DNA of 64,000 nt from Candidatus Magasanikbacteria bacterium RIFCSPHIGHO2_02_FULL_48_18 (GCA_001784285.1 MFQC01000001.1:29780-93779), one strand, 5' to 3'; positions 1-9,966 are shown, numbered from the stretch's first letter. A program made the numbers and translations. The notes: generated by a model not told the origin, from the letters alone.

Positions 1-326
1 TATTCTTGTCGAGATGCTTGTTTCCGGTAATGATCGATAATCGCGTTTCTCGCGATCTGATATATCAATCCGCGAAAACTGCGTATGTGCTTTTCATCGT
101 TTGCACTCCTCGTTAAATACTCCCATACACGCAAAAAGACATCACCGGTAATATCTTCCGCTTCTTCGCGTTTTGACACTTTAAATGCCACAAAGCGATA
201 CATCCGCTCAATATACAAATCATACAGTTCTGAAAAGGCTTCCGTATCTTTTTCTTTCGTGATTCGAATCACGAGCATCTGTTCGTGAAGCCTGTGTCGA
301 GGGGGTTGTGACAAGGAGCTGTTCAT
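1..326 (-). CDS. ECF-type RNA polymerase sigma factor (5' part; runs off window start)
   Basis: Not in the ORF track. Manual translation from ATG at 326 gives MNSSLSQPPRHRLHEQMLVIRITKEKDTEAFSELYDLYIERMYRFVAFKVSKREEAEDITGDVFLRVWEY...FRGLIYQIARNAIIDHYRK, a typical sigma70 region 2 of the ECF group (AEDxxxxxFxxxW, IARNxxIDxxRK). Confidence 0.9.
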   Translation of the reverse strand, partial: MNSSLSQPPRHRLHEQMLVIRITKEKDTEAFSELYDLYIERMYRFVAFKVSKREEAEDITGDVFLRVWEYLTRSANDEKHIRSFRGLIYQIARNAIIDHYRKQASRQE

Positions 327-332
327 ATAAGG

Positions 333-359
333 AGACGTCCCAAAAAGAAAAACGTTACA
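333..359 (-). promoter_or_regulatory. Putative ECF-sigma autoregulatory promoter TGTAAC-N16-CGTCT
   Basis: TGTAAC (359-354), a 16-nt spacer, then CGTCT (337-333), 6 nt before the ECF ATG. This matches the common ECF AAC/CGT consensus. Confidence 0.65.
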
Positions 360-458
360 GATGACCCGGCGCCGATACCCTATCCTAATCCCTAGAACCT
401 ATCTCAAAAATAAAAATTCCCCCGCAGGGATTGCCCAAATAAAGAAAATTCGCCAAAA

Positions 459-487
459 AGTATATCAAAAAGAAAAAAAAAATTCAA
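459..487 (-). promoter_or_regulatory. sigma70 promoter TTGAAT-17-TATACT (extended TG) facing the ECF gene
   Basis: Near-consensus hexamers with a 17-nt spacer. Confidence 0.5.
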
Positions 488-624
488 ACAAATAACAAGT
501 AATCCAATAAAAACGCATTACAACACCTCTGACAAATAATCATAGAAAAGGCAACCATATCCATGGTTAACATTGTTGTGATTATTATACTTGATACTTG
601 CCAAATTTTGTGTAAGCACACTAA

Positions 625-830
625 ATTGTATACAATAATATATACTTTTTAATAATTTTTAGCTTTACAAAAATAAAAAAATAATATGTATATTTGTATA
701 CATTATTGTATACTTTTTTATATTTTTTCCATAAATTGTACTATATCAAAAATCAGAACACCCATTATTGACAAATAAAGAAATAAAGGGTATATTTGTA
801 TACACAAACATATACAAATATCATTGTATG
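625..830. repeat. Array of TTGTATAC(A) boxes in an AT-rich intergenic region
   Basis: Palindrome ATTGTATACAAT at 625-636. The 15-mer GTATATTTGTATACA occurs at 688-702 and 790-804. TTGTATAC at 706-713, with partial boxes at 736-741, 811-818 (inverted) and 824-829. Confidence 0.75.
768..796 (+). promoter_or_regulatory. sigma70 promoter TTGACA-17-TATATT for the HTH gene
   Basis: Perfect -35 at 768-773, 17-nt spacer, -10 at 791-796 overlapped by a TTGTATAC box. Confidence 0.75.
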
Positions 831-1190
831 GTAAATGCCCCCAAAACAGAATCATCAAAAGAGATTATCCGTGTTTCCATTTCTGAAGCGGCAAGACTTT
901 TTGGCGTCAACCCCCAAACTATCCGACGCGCTATCAAAGCGCAAGAAATTACCTATATTGTGGTTGCCGGACGATATAAAATCAATTTTGAAAGCCTGGT
1001 CAAATGGTCACAACAAAAAACAAACGTCAAAAAAAAAGTGGAACAACGAGGAATTGGGCAATTTGTTGATAAATGGAAAATACATAATACTCTCTATTCT
1101 CCAAGCAAAAAAGCAGTTCCAAAAAATAAAGAAAAACAAAAAGACGCTTCAACTGATCAAGAAACGCATGATAAACAAAACAATGAATAA
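828..1190 (+). CDS. Small MerR/excisionase-like (HTH_17, BldC-like) DNA-binding protein
   Basis: VSISEAARLFGVNPQTIRRAIKAQEITYIVVAGRYKI is a winged HTH of the Xis/MerR type. ATG 828 lies downstream of the promoter; the ORF-track TTG start at 768 is the -35 box. Confidence 0.8.
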   Translation: MVNAPKTESSKEIIRVSISEAARLFGVNPQTIRRAIKAQEITYIVVAGRYKINFESLVKWSQQKTNVKKKVEQRGIGQFVDKWKIHNTLYSPSKKAVPKNKEKQKDASTDQETHDKQNNE

Positions 1191-1201
1191 ATTCCTTCTG
1201 C

Positions 1202-2578
1202 CTATGCGCCGGCTCTTGTATATTGACGAATCAGTGCCGTCAATTCTCGAGTTTTTTCCTCCAAAAGAGATTGGGATGACGCTTCTACGGTAAGCCGGAC
1301 GACCGGGTCATTGGCAGAAGGACGGACATTAAAATGCCACTCCGGATATTCCATGCTAACCCCATCTAATGTGAGGATTTTTCCTCCCTTGCCAGCGTAC
1401 GCTTCGCGTATCGCCGCAATGACGAGCGACGCATCGGTCACGTCAAAATTAATTTCTCCAGAAATATAATATGGGCCCAAATCTTGGACCATTTCCGACA
1501 GTGTTTTTCCTTTTTTGGAAAGCGCGGCCAGCAGAAGAAGCACAGGCGCAAATCCGTTTTCCATATACCGATTTTTGGCAAAATAATAATGACCGCTCAC
1601 TTCTCCGCCAAAAATTGACTGGGTTTCATTCATCTGGTGTTTGATATAGGTATGCCCCACCCGCCCCATGTGGGCCTTGCCGCCAGCCTTGGCGACCCAA
1701 TCGTTCAGCGCTCGGCTAAATCGAAGATCATACACAATGCCGCCTCCCGGGTGTTTTTCAAGCATTTCCAAAGCAAGGAGCGTTGCAACAAAATCTCCAT
1801 GAACATACGCCCCTGTTTCATCAATAAAATAGACGCGATCACAATCGGCATCCCATGCGATGCCCAAGTCAGCGCGCTCTTCTACCACGCGTCGCATAAT
1901 ATCGCGGCGATTTTCTTCTTCAATGGGGTTGGCTGGGTGATTGGGAAAAGTTCCGTCTGGCTCAAAATAAAGCGGAATAATCTCAACGGGCAAGCCCGCG
2001 AAAATCTTGCGCGCCACGACACCGCCCATCCCGTTCCCCGCGTCCATGACAATGCGGAACGGCTTGAGTCGGCCAACATCAATAAAACTTCTGGTAAAAT
2101 GCACAAAATCATCCCATATATCCTTTTTTGCGGTTGTCCCCGGCACAGATTTTTTTTCAACAATCGCATCCGAGAGGGCAAGACGCTCCAAATCTTCCAT
2201 GCCCAAACCCCTGCCAATGGGGGACAAGACCCCTCGTTCATCCAGCCGTAAAAATTTGAGACCATTGAATTGTTTGGGCATGTGCGACGCCGTAACCATG
2301 ACGCCTCCGTCATACCCATAAAACCACGCGGCAAAATACATGGCATCGGTTGAGACCATGCCAATATCAATAATCGAGATGCCACGCTCCAAAAGACCGC
2401 GGACGAGCGCATCCGTTAACGATGGAGACGACACGCGTGCGTCGTAGCCAACCACCACGCTTTGCGGATGGGCATACGCGGCATACGCGTGCGCCACGCG
2501 GTAGACAATGTCTTCGGTGAGATTGTGTCCGTATACGCCGCGAATATCATAATTTCGAAAAATGGTTTCTTGTGACAT
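1202..2578 (-). CDS. manB: Phosphomannomutase/phosphoglucomutase
   Basis: IFRNYDIRG start, VTASH phosphoserine loop, DADCDR metal loop, GEVSGH sugar-binding loop. Confidence 0.92.
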   Translation of the reverse strand: MSQETIFRNYDIRGVYGHNLTEDIVYRVAHAYAAYAHPQSVVVGYDARVSSPSLTDALVRGLLERGISIIDIGMVSTDAMYFAAWFYGYDGGVMVTASHMPKQFNGLKFLRLDERGVLSPIGRGLGMEDLERLALSDAIVEKKSVPGTTAKKDIWDDFVHFTRSFIDVGRLKPFRIVMDAGNGMGGVVARKIFAGLPVEIIPLYFEPDGTFPNHPANPIEEENRRDIMRRVVEERADLGIAWDADCDRVYFIDETGAYVHGDFVATLLALEMLEKHPGGGIVYDLRFSRALNDWVAKAGGKAHMGRVGHTYIKHQMNETQSIFGGEVSGHYYFAKNRYMENGFAPVLLLLAALSKKGKTLSEMVQDLGPYYISGEINFDVTDASLVIAAIREAYAGKGGKILTLDGVSMEYPEWHFNVRPSANDPVVRLTVEASSQSLLEEKTRELTALIRQYTRAGA

Positions 2579-2619
2579 AGATCGTTTTTGTTGTATTTGC
2601 GTGCTCACGCCGGGCATCC

Positions 2620-2648
2620 TTGAAAATAGTCGAGAATACCTCTATACT
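2620..2648 (+). promoter_or_regulatory. sigma70 promoter TTGAAA-17-TATACT for the clpC operon
   Basis: Hexamers at 2620-2625 and 2643-2648. Confidence 0.6.
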
Positions 2649-2666
2649 ACCTGCACAGAAAGGACA

Positions 2667-5273
2667 ATGCAACTCTCTATGAATTCTGACGACATTCTCA
2701 ACAAACTCTCGACCCACCTCAAAAACACCATCGCGAAAGCCATTTCATTTGCCGCGCATCTTGGCGATGAAGAAGTGTCGCCGCTCCATATTCTTTTTGC
2801 GCTTGCGGAAGAGGAAGGATCTATCGGCCGTGAAATACTCCAAAAAGCGGGGTTGACTTCAGAACATATCTTCCACTGGCTCAAAGGAAAAAAATCATAC
2901 CCCAAAAAATCAGAAACCCCAGGGAAAGCAAACACCAAAATGCTCGAACTCCCCGAACTCGATCCGACGTCAAAAAAAATCCTTGAAAAAGCAATGTATA
3001 TTTCATATGAGCATCGCCACTCCTACGTGGGGACCGAACATTTGCTTGCGGCATTGATTGAAAGCGACATACACGCGTTGAAACTGTTTTTTACGTCGCA
3101 AAAAATCAACCATGAGGCATTGGAAGACCACCTGGCAACCATTCTTGACAATACGTCCAATTTCCCCCATGTGGATGATGTCGTCGAAAGCATTACCCAT
3201 ATGCAACACACGCTTGATCAGGACGTTCATGATGACCACCCATTGCCCCAAGAGCCGCCGCAACAATCATCCGACGCGCCGCTCCACATTGGACGAAAAA
3301 AAATGAACAAAAAAGCATCCCGGCGGTCGCCCACCGCTCTTGATGTGTTTACGGTTGATCTCACGCAAAAGAAAAATCAAACGCTGATTGACACCGTCGT
3401 CGGCCGAGAAGAAGAAATAGACCGGCTTATTCATATTTTGTGCCGCCGAAAAAAAAATAATCCGGTGCTCGTGGGAGAGCCGGGCGTGGGAAAAACCGCA
3501 ATTGTGGAAGGCCTGGCAAAACGCATCTCCGAGGGCGACGTGCCCGACATTTTGAAACGAAAAAAAATCCTTTCTCTTGATCTCACCCTCCTTATTGCCG
3601 GAACCGTCTATCGAGGAGAATTTGAAGGGCGAATCAAACAACTCATTGATGAATTGGCGGAGCGGCCGGACTCTATCCTCTTTATTGACGAAATCCACAA
3701 CATTATCGGGGCAGGATCAAACCAAGGCACGATGGATGCGGCAAATATTCTGAAACCCGCTCTGGCGCGAGGACAACTGCGATGCATTGGAGCGACGACG
3801 ATTGACGAATATAAAAAATACATCAGTTCCGACCCCGCGCTTGAACGACGGCTTCAGCCAATTGATATTGACGAACCGACCGCCGAACAAACGATACAGA
3901 TGCTCGATGGGATAAAAGCATCATACGAGGCCTACCACGGCGTTTCCATACCTCGCGAAGCCATTGAAACAGCGGTTCGCTTGAGCGACAAAATGATCCA
4001 CGACAATTTTTTTCCGGACAAAGCTATAGACATCATTGACGAGGCGGCGGCGGCGGTCAGGACGAAAAAACGCGCCAATAAACAAGAACAGCACATCCGC
4101 AATCTGGAACGCATGGTCGAACAATGGGAGGACCAAAAAGAAGAGGCTATTCAAAAAGAAGAATTTGACGCCGCAATTCAGCTCAAGGAAACCATTGCCG
4201 AGACACGAAAAGAAATAGCCTCGCTCATAAAAAAACAAGCAAAACAAAAACAACGAAAACTCCCTGTTGGCAAAGAAGATGTTGCCGAGGTCGTGGCAAA
4301 ACGATTCCATGTGGACGCGGCAATGCTCTTGTCTGAAGAGAGAGAGCATCTGGAACGAACCAAAAAAAATCTCCGCGAGCATATTGTGGGACAGGACGCC
4401 GCGATTGACCAAATTATCCAAACGCTCCAAAAAACATATCTCAAACTCCCTGCTTCCAAACGGCCGGCCGCGTCGCTGTTTTTTGTCGGTCCAAGCGGGG
4501 TGGGAAAAACCGAGCTGGCAAAACGTCTTGCCAAAGAATTGACCTTTGACGACCGGGCGCTCATTCGTCTCGATATGAGCGAATTTTCCGAAGGGCATGG
4601 AACATCAAAGTTGCTCGGGTCGCCGGCAGGATATGTCGGCTATAAAGAAAGAAATTTGTTTTTGGAACAGCTCAAAAAACGCCCGCACTCCGTGGTCTTG
4701 TTTGATGAAATAGACAAAGCCCACAGGGACGTGCGCAAACTGCTTCTTCAAATTTTGGATGAAGGAGAATTGACCGATAGCAATGGAAAAAAAACATCCT
4801 TCCGGCATGCGATTGTTATTTTGACGAGCAACATCGGCGCGGAACTCTATGCCTCCCCCGGCATCGGATTTGGAGCCAAAGACAGCCCGGCCGTGAATGG
4901 CATCCCGGACGACCGAAAGAAGGCTCTGCTTCAAAAACTGACAGAAGAATTCGGCGCCGAATGGATAGGGCGCATTGACAACGTCTGCCTGTTTTCGCCT
5001 CTCCAAAATGAGCACCTGACGCGTATTATTGAAAAACAAATTCAAAAAATAAGCGGCCACCTGACCGAAACAAAGCAAATTGCCGTGACGATTGATGAAT
5101 CGGCGATTGCGGCCATTGTCCGCCAAGGGCATACCACAGAAGTCGGAGCCCGGCATATTGGACAAGCGGTGGAACAAGCGATTCATGAGGCCGCATGGTC
5201 GCTTTTTCAAAAACAAAAAAGGAAGCAACACTACACGCTCAAATACGCGGAAGGCCTGTATCATTTGAAATAA
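2667..5273 (+). CDS. clpC: ATP-dependent Clp protease ATP-binding subunit ClpC
   Basis: Two Clp-N repeats, AAA+ 1 ([14 protein letters not shown]), UVR-like coiled coil, AAA+ 2 ([14 protein letters not shown]) and the IGF ClpP-docking loop. Confidence 0.93.
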   Translation: MQLSMNSDDILNKLSTHLKNTIAKAISFAAHLGDEEVSPLHILFALAEEEGSIGREILQKAGLTSEHIFHWLKGKKSYPKKSETPGKANTKMLELPELDPTSKKILEKAMYISYEHRHSYVGTEHLLAALIESDIHALKLFFTSQKINHEALEDHLATILDNTSNFPHVDDVVESITHMQHTLDQDVHDDHPLPQEPPQQSSDAPLHIGRKKMNKKASRRSPTALDVFTVDLTQKKNQTLIDTVVGREEEIDRLIHILCRRKKNNPVLVGEPGVGKTAIVEGLAKRISEGDVPDILKRKKILSLDLTLLIAGTVYRGEFEGRIKQLIDELAERPDSILFIDEIHNIIGAGSNQGTMDAANILKPALARGQLRCIGATTIDEYKKYISSDPALERRLQPIDIDEPTAEQTIQMLDGIKASYEAYHGVSIPREAIETAVRLSDKMIHDNFFPDKAIDIIDEAAAAVRTKKRANKQEQHIRNLERMVEQWEDQKEEAIQKEEFDAAIQLKETIAETRKEIASLIKKQAKQKQRKLPVGKEDVAEVVAKRFHVDAAMLLSEEREHLERTKKNLREHIVGQDAAIDQIIQTLQKTYLKLPASKRPAASLFFVGPSGVGKTELAKRLAKELTFDDRALIRLDMSEFSEGHGTSKLLGSPAGYVGYKERNLFLEQLKKRPHSVVLFDEIDKAHRDVRKLLLQILDEGELTDSNGKKTSFRHAIVILTSNIGAELYASPGIGFGAKDSPAVNGIPDDRKKALLQKLTEEFGAEWIGRIDNVCLFSPLQNEHLTRIIEKQIQKISGHLTETKQIAVTIDESAIAAIVRQGHTTEVGARHIGQAVEQAIHEAAWSLFQKQKRKQHYTLKYAEGLYHLK

Positions 5274-5319
5274 ACATTGTGTGTCCCTCTTTGGGCATCT
5301 CTTTACTTTCGTCTTTTGT

Positions 5320-5790
5320 ATGGCACGGCGACCCCCAAAAAGAAACAACCAACAGTCGGCGATCTACGGCCGACCTAGCGCATGGGAGGAAAACGCGCCG
5401 TCGGGAATGGCCGATGCCAATCTAGAAAATGAAGCGCTTGAAAGAGACACTCAAGAAAAAAACTGGGCCAACCAATTACGGCGCTCCCAACAGCAGGAAC
5501 AAAACGACCAATCCCAAAACCAGGCCGAACCCCAACAGCCGTCCCCCGCGCCACAGTCTGGATCGAAAAAAACTAGCGGAAAAAAACCACAACCGACAAC
5601 AAAAAAAATGGATGCGCTGATGAAAAAAATACAAATAGCCCTTTTTGCGCTTTTTCTTATCTGTCTTGCGACGATTTTACCGATGTTTACACCGCTTCCG
5701 TTTATGCTTCTTGCCGCGATTGGCGCGATTTTTGGCTATAGAAAAATAGTAAAAGGAGCAGAAATCGTCCAAAGCGGTGGTAAAAAATAA
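5320..5790 (+). CDS. Hypothetical membrane protein (Q/P-rich N-terminus, two C-terminal TM helices)
   Basis: ORF tightly packed in the operon, with a hydrophobic hairpin IALFALFLICLATILPMFTPLPFMLLAAIGAIFG. Confidence 0.65.
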   Translation: MARRPPKRNNQQSAIYGRPSAWEENAPSGMADANLENEALERDTQEKNWANQLRRSQQQEQNDQSQNQAEPQQPSPAPQSGSKKTSGKKPQPTTKKMDALMKKIQIALFALFLICLATILPMFTPLPFMLLAAIGAIFGYRKIVKGAEIVQSGGKK

Positions 5791-5815
5791 CGGAAAAAAC
5801 ATTTAATAACATCCT

Positions 5816-7042
5816 ATGGATAAAAAACGAATTATCTTTGCCATTCTTTTTATCATCGTCACGATCCTCCTCGGCTACCTCATGTATCGTGTTTTTTTTG
5901 CAAAAAAAACGCCAAAACCTCCGACACCGCAAACGCAAGAACAACTCCCGGGCGGCCAATTTCCCATAATTGGAGAAGGGGGCCAGCCCGGACAAATTGT
6001 AACCGGCACAATCCAGTTGCCAACCGCAGGATTTGTTCCTCCTCAAACCCCCGCGTTGCCTCCGCCTCCCGCGCAAACACCCCTTGTCCAAAAGCTGGCC
6101 AACGACATCGTGGTTTCTCCCGCGGCAGACTCGTTTGGCGGCGCAAAATTTTACAATGCGCAAGACGGAAAATTTTACCGCCTCCTTCCAGACGGCACAT
6201 TGGCGCTTTTGAGCGATGATGTTTTTTTTGGGGTAGAAAATGTCTCTTGGTCGCCAAAAACAGAAGAAGCCATCATTGAATATCCTGACGGAGCAAACAT
6301 TTATTTTGATTTTGAAACCAAAAAACAAGTGACACTTCCCAAACATTGGGAGAACTTTTCATTTTCTCCGACAGCGACAAAAATTGCGGCAAAGAGCATT
6401 GGCCTCTCTCCGGAAACTCGATGGCTTATCACCGCAGACCCGCAGGGAAATAACATCACCCTTGTGGAACCCATGGGGCAAAACGCAGACAAGGTTGATG
6501 TCAATTGGTCTCCCAACCAACAAATCGTGGCGACCTCCCTCACCGGCAAACCCATGGGGGGCAACCGCGAACAAGTTCTTATGATCGGCCTTCACGGAGA
6601 AGTGTTCAAAGCCATTATTGCAGAAGGCCAATTTTTGGATAGCGCATGGTCGAAAACCGGAGAAAAACTCCTTTTTAGTTCGTACAGCACGGCAAGCGAT
6701 TATAAACCGGAGCTGTGGATAAGCAACGCCGCAGGAGATCTTATCGGCACCGGCAGAAAACCTCTCGGACTCAACACCTGGGCGGAAAAATGTACCTTTG
6801 CTGATGACCGTTTTGTGTATTGCGCCGTTCCAAAAACCCTTCCTACCGGATCCGGCTTTGAACAAAGCCTTGCGGACGCCATTGAAGATGACCTCTATAA
6901 GATAGACACTCAAACGGGCATAAAATCAAAATTACTGCTCGAAGAAGGGCACGTCATTGACACGATTCTCGTGAATGGCGACACCGACGCGCTGTACTTT
7001 ACGGACAAAAATCAAAAAGGCATCTTTACGATTGCTCTATGA
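5816..7042 (+). CDS. Membrane-anchored beta-propeller (TolB-like) surface protein
   Basis: N-terminal TM, Pro/Gln linker and repeated WSP/FSP/WSK blade motifs. Confidence 0.75.
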   Translation: MDKKRIIFAILFIIVTILLGYLMYRVFFAKKTPKPPTPQTQEQLPGGQFPIIGEGGQPGQIVTGTIQLPTAGFVPPQTPALPPPPAQTPLVQKLANDIVVSPAADSFGGAKFYNAQDGKFYRLLPDGTLALLSDDVFFGVENVSWSPKTEEAIIEYPDGANIYFDFETKKQVTLPKHWENFSFSPTATKIAAKSIGLSPETRWLITADPQGNNITLVEPMGQNADKVDVNWSPNQQIVATSLTGKPMGGNREQVLMIGLHGEVFKAIIAEGQFLDSAWSKTGEKLLFSSYSTASDYKPELWISNAAGDLIGTGRKPLGLNTWAEKCTFADDRFVYCAVPKTLPTGSGFEQSLADAIEDDLYKIDTQTGIKSKLLLEEGHVIDTILVNGDTDALYFTDKNQKGIFTIAL

Positions 7043-7689
7043 TACGCACAAGACAATTGCTTTTTCTTTTTGTCCCGGCCATTGTATTTGCGGGCTTTGC
7101 CGTATTTATTCGGTACGTCGAATATCACAACGCCGCAACGCCGAGCGCTCCCGCGCCGTCGTCCGAACCGCTCGCGCTGGTGCCCATATATCCTGAGGAT
7201 CCGATTATCGGAGAAAAAAAAGCGCCCCTCACCGTTATCGGATTTGAAGACTTTGGGTGCAAAGGATGCCAAATCCAAATGGCAATGCTCGACGAACTGC
7301 AACAGTCTTTTCCCGAAAAAATAAAAATTATTTGGAAAGGCCTTCCGGTCATGAAGTTTCCATACGACAGCCACCTCGCGCACGAATACGCGTTTTGCAT
7401 GAATCAAGAAGGACGATTTGACGCGTTTAAAAACTTTGCGTTTGCAAATGGAGACAATCTTTCTCTTGCGGTATTGGGCCAAAGCATTGCCGCGGCGGGA
7501 GCGGAACAAACCGTCTTCGAGGCCTGCATAAATTCGCCGGAGCCAAAACAATACATTGAAACCATCGAACTCATGGCCCAGTCGCTCAATATCCAATCCG
7601 TCCCGACTTTTTTTATTGATAACAAACAAATTGAAACGCCGCAAACCAAAGAAGCGTGGGCGGCGCTCTTGGGATTGTCCTCGCTATAA
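7039..7689 (+). CDS. DsbA-family thiol-disulfide oxidoreductase
   Basis: N-terminal TM, DPIIGEKKAPLTVIGFEDFGCKGC (CxxC) and cis-Pro motif VPTFFID. Confidence 0.88.
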   Translation: MIRTRQLLFLFVPAIVFAGFAVFIRYVEYHNAATPSAPAPSSEPLALVPIYPEDPIIGEKKAPLTVIGFEDFGCKGCQIQMAMLDELQQSFPEKIKIIWKGLPVMKFPYDSHLAHEYAFCMNQEGRFDAFKNFAFANGDNLSLAVLGQSIAAAGAEQTVFEACINSPEPKQYIETIELMAQSLNIQSVPTFFIDNKQIETPQTKEAWAALLGLSSL

Positions 7690-7695
7690 CAACGT

Positions 7696-8850
7696 ATGCT
7701 ATCAAAATTTTATTTTTTTCTTTTTCTCGTTTTGAGCGTTTTTACCGTGAACGCATTTGCTATTCCCGCTGTGGTGATGGCGGAGAATGACACACAGAAT
7801 GAATTGGAGGACCTGCTCAAAAAACCGGATCTCAAAATCCATATTCCGGGACTCGACTTTACCGATCCGGACGATTTGTCAACCGTACAGGACGAACGAG
7901 GCAATCAATATATTCTTATTCCATACCTTGGCGAATATCTCGCGGCGGTCTATCGCTATGCGGTCGTGGCCGTTTCCGTCCTCTCCGTCGTCATTCTCAT
8001 TTTTGCCGGCATTCAATGGATGATCCCTGCAGGAGAAGGAGGATCAAAAGACAGCGCGAAAAAACGGATTGCCGGAGCAATGACCGGATTGGTAATTACC
8101 ATAGGGTCATATACACTGCTTTATACCATCAACCCAAATTTGGTGGAATTTAAAAATTTGAAAGTGTTATATGTAAATAGAAAAGATCTCGATGAATTTG
8201 AAAGCGTGTCATTTGAATTTGAAAATTATGCGCTCTCTGCTCATGGAAAAATTATAGAACAGCTCATTGGGCCAAACACGCTTCCTCCCTGCTCAAAAGA
8301 AGCGGCACAAGCCGCGGCCACCGCCCTCCATAATAAACAAATTTGCGTCGGCCCATGTCATTGTGCCTATTCCGCATCGAATTTTTTGAACTACATCGGC
8401 TGTACCGATGTCTATAGCGGTCTCGCCAATAAACTACCGGAAAAATTAAAAGAAAAAGGATGGGTGGAAACACCGATTGATCCCAGCAACCTTGGCAATC
8501 TTCCCGTGGGGTTGTTATGGAAAGATGGACATGTGGGCGTATCCATTGGCAATGGTATGGACTTTGAATCTGGAAGCGGGACACGAGACTTCGACCGGCT
8601 GAACAAAGAAACAAAAAATAATTGCCCTTCTTCCTTTGTGGAGGCAATGAAAGACCCCCAAGCCTGCGCGTTTTGTTCCAAAATTCCAGAAGAGTCCCCG
8701 GCGTCAGGGCATTTTGGCGCGCCAGCGCTTGGAGGTACCGGAGGCGGCGGCTCTTGTAAAAGTAATCAAGGATGGTCAAAGGGAAAAATGTCTGACCGAA
8801 AAGGAAAATCAAGCTGGGTAAACGTTGTTCACCCGCCCATCAGTCAATAA
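7696..8850 (+). CDS. TrbC/VirB2-like pilin domain fused to an NlpC/P60-CHAP-like cysteine amidase
   Basis: Signal-like N-terminus, then a pilin hairpin (YLAAVYRYAV...FAGIQWM..G..K.SAKKRIAGAMTGL...YTINPNL), then CAYSASNFL...GW...GHVGVSIGNG...ES giving a Cys-His pair. Confidence 0.72.
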   Translation: MLSKFYFFLFLVLSVFTVNAFAIPAVVMAENDTQNELEDLLKKPDLKIHIPGLDFTDPDDLSTVQDERGNQYILIPYLGEYLAAVYRYAVVAVSVLSVVILIFAGIQWMIPAGEGGSKDSAKKRIAGAMTGLVITIGSYTLLYTINPNLVEFKNLKVLYVNRKDLDEFESVSFEFENYALSAHGKIIEQLIGPNTLPPCSKEAAQAAATALHNKQICVGPCHCAYSASNFLNYIGCTDVYSGLANKLPEKLKEKGWVETPIDPSNLGNLPVGLLWKDGHVGVSIGNGMDFESGSGTRDFDRLNKETKNNCPSSFVEAMKDPQACAFCSKIPEESPASGHFGAPALGGTGGGGSCKSNQGWSKGKMSDRKGKSSWVNVVHPPISQ

Positions 8851-8874
8851 TAACCAATTGGCAATACCCCCCTA

Positions 8875-9966
8875 ATGAACACACTCCGTATTAAAAAAAA
8901 AATTTTCTTCCTTTTTGGTTCAATTCTTCTTTTGAGTTTTTTTTTAATTGGATTCGCGCTTTGGTCCAAAAATCGAGAAATCCTTGTCAGCCAGCCGGAA
9001 AAAATATCCCTGCCGCAAGGACTCTTTTTTTCGTTCACGAAACAACAGCATCTTCTTTTTTGGAACAATGAAAAATACCTGCTTTCTTTTTTGGATATAT
9101 CAAACAATATCCTGCCTAAACAGATGCTCTTTACAGAAAAAATAGTTGGCATTACCAATATTGTTTGGTCGCCGACAGAAAACGGCGCCTCCATTGAAAC
9201 AACGAATGGAAAATTTGTTCTTTTATTTGATGATGAAAAAACAATACCACTCCCAAAAGGCGCCATAGGCGTCACCTGGTCGCCGGATGGGCAATTCCTC
9301 GCGTATCAAACATTCTCATCGGAGAGCCAATATACAAGCGTTATTTCCATTCTTGACATTGCAGACCAAAACGTCCTTTCTGAATATATGATTGATATGT
9401 CTGATCATCCAGAAACAACCGGGCAAGTATTGTTATACTGGATTGAAAAAGACAGACTCTGGTATGCTCCGGAAGTGACTGATGGCGGGGTGCCATTTTG
9501 GTATCCCATTGAAAAAAATACCATTGAAAAAAGAAAAAATTTTGACCGAAAAAATATTGGCATTGTTGACGTATCCCCAGATGGGAGTTATCTTTTATAT
9601 ACCAAACCAACGGAAGATATTGATCGCTCGGACTTTATCTATGGAATTTTGAACCGGGAAACCGAAGCCGAAATAAATATGGACCTTACAGCGACCAATA
9701 CCACCTGTGCATGGCAGACGAATTCAGCGCTCCTCTGCCTGAAAAAAGAAAACCAATATTTTATCTTTGGGACTGTTGATTTTAAGAAAGAAGAATATGT
9801 ACTTCAAAATATTTTTCCCGAATCAGAAAGCACCGTGTCCATCACCTCCTTTCTTTTTAATGAAAAAACAAATACAATTTATTTTCTGAATATAAGGGAT
9901 GAACTATACGCCGCCAACACACTCAAAACAAAACCTATCTTTCAACTATCTGAAACAAACGACTGA
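8875..9966 (+). CDS. Membrane-anchored beta-propeller protein (AT-rich gene)
   Basis: N-terminal TM, with WSPTENG, WSPDGQFLAY and VSPDGSYLLY blades. Confidence 0.72.
   Translation: MNTLRIKKKIFFLFGSILLLSFFLIGFALWSKNREILVSQPEKISLPQGLFFSFTKQQHLLFWNNEKYLLSFLDISNNILPKQMLFTEKIVGITNIVWSPTENGASIETTNGKFVLLFDDEKTIPLPKGAIGVTWSPDGQFLAYQTFSSESQYTSVISILDIADQNVLSEYMIDMSDHPETTGQVLLYWIEKDRLWYAPEVTDGGVPFWYPIEKNTIEKRKNFDRKNIGIVDVSPDGSYLLYTKPTEDIDRSDFIYGILNRETEAEINMDLTATNTTCAWQTNSALLCLKKENQYFIFGTVDFKKEEYVLQNIFPESESTVSITSFLFNEKTNTIYFLNIRDELYAANTLKTKPIFQLSETND

Noticed and set aside
480-830. AT-rich repeat-containing region as replication origin
   Set aside because: No cluster of TTATNCACA boxes and no dnaA/dnaN nearby. 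The repeats overlap the promoter of an HTH gene, so operators are the simpler explanation.
828-1190. HTH gene as a prophage excisionase
   Set aside because: No integrase or phage genes in the window; the flanks are an ECF sigma and manB.
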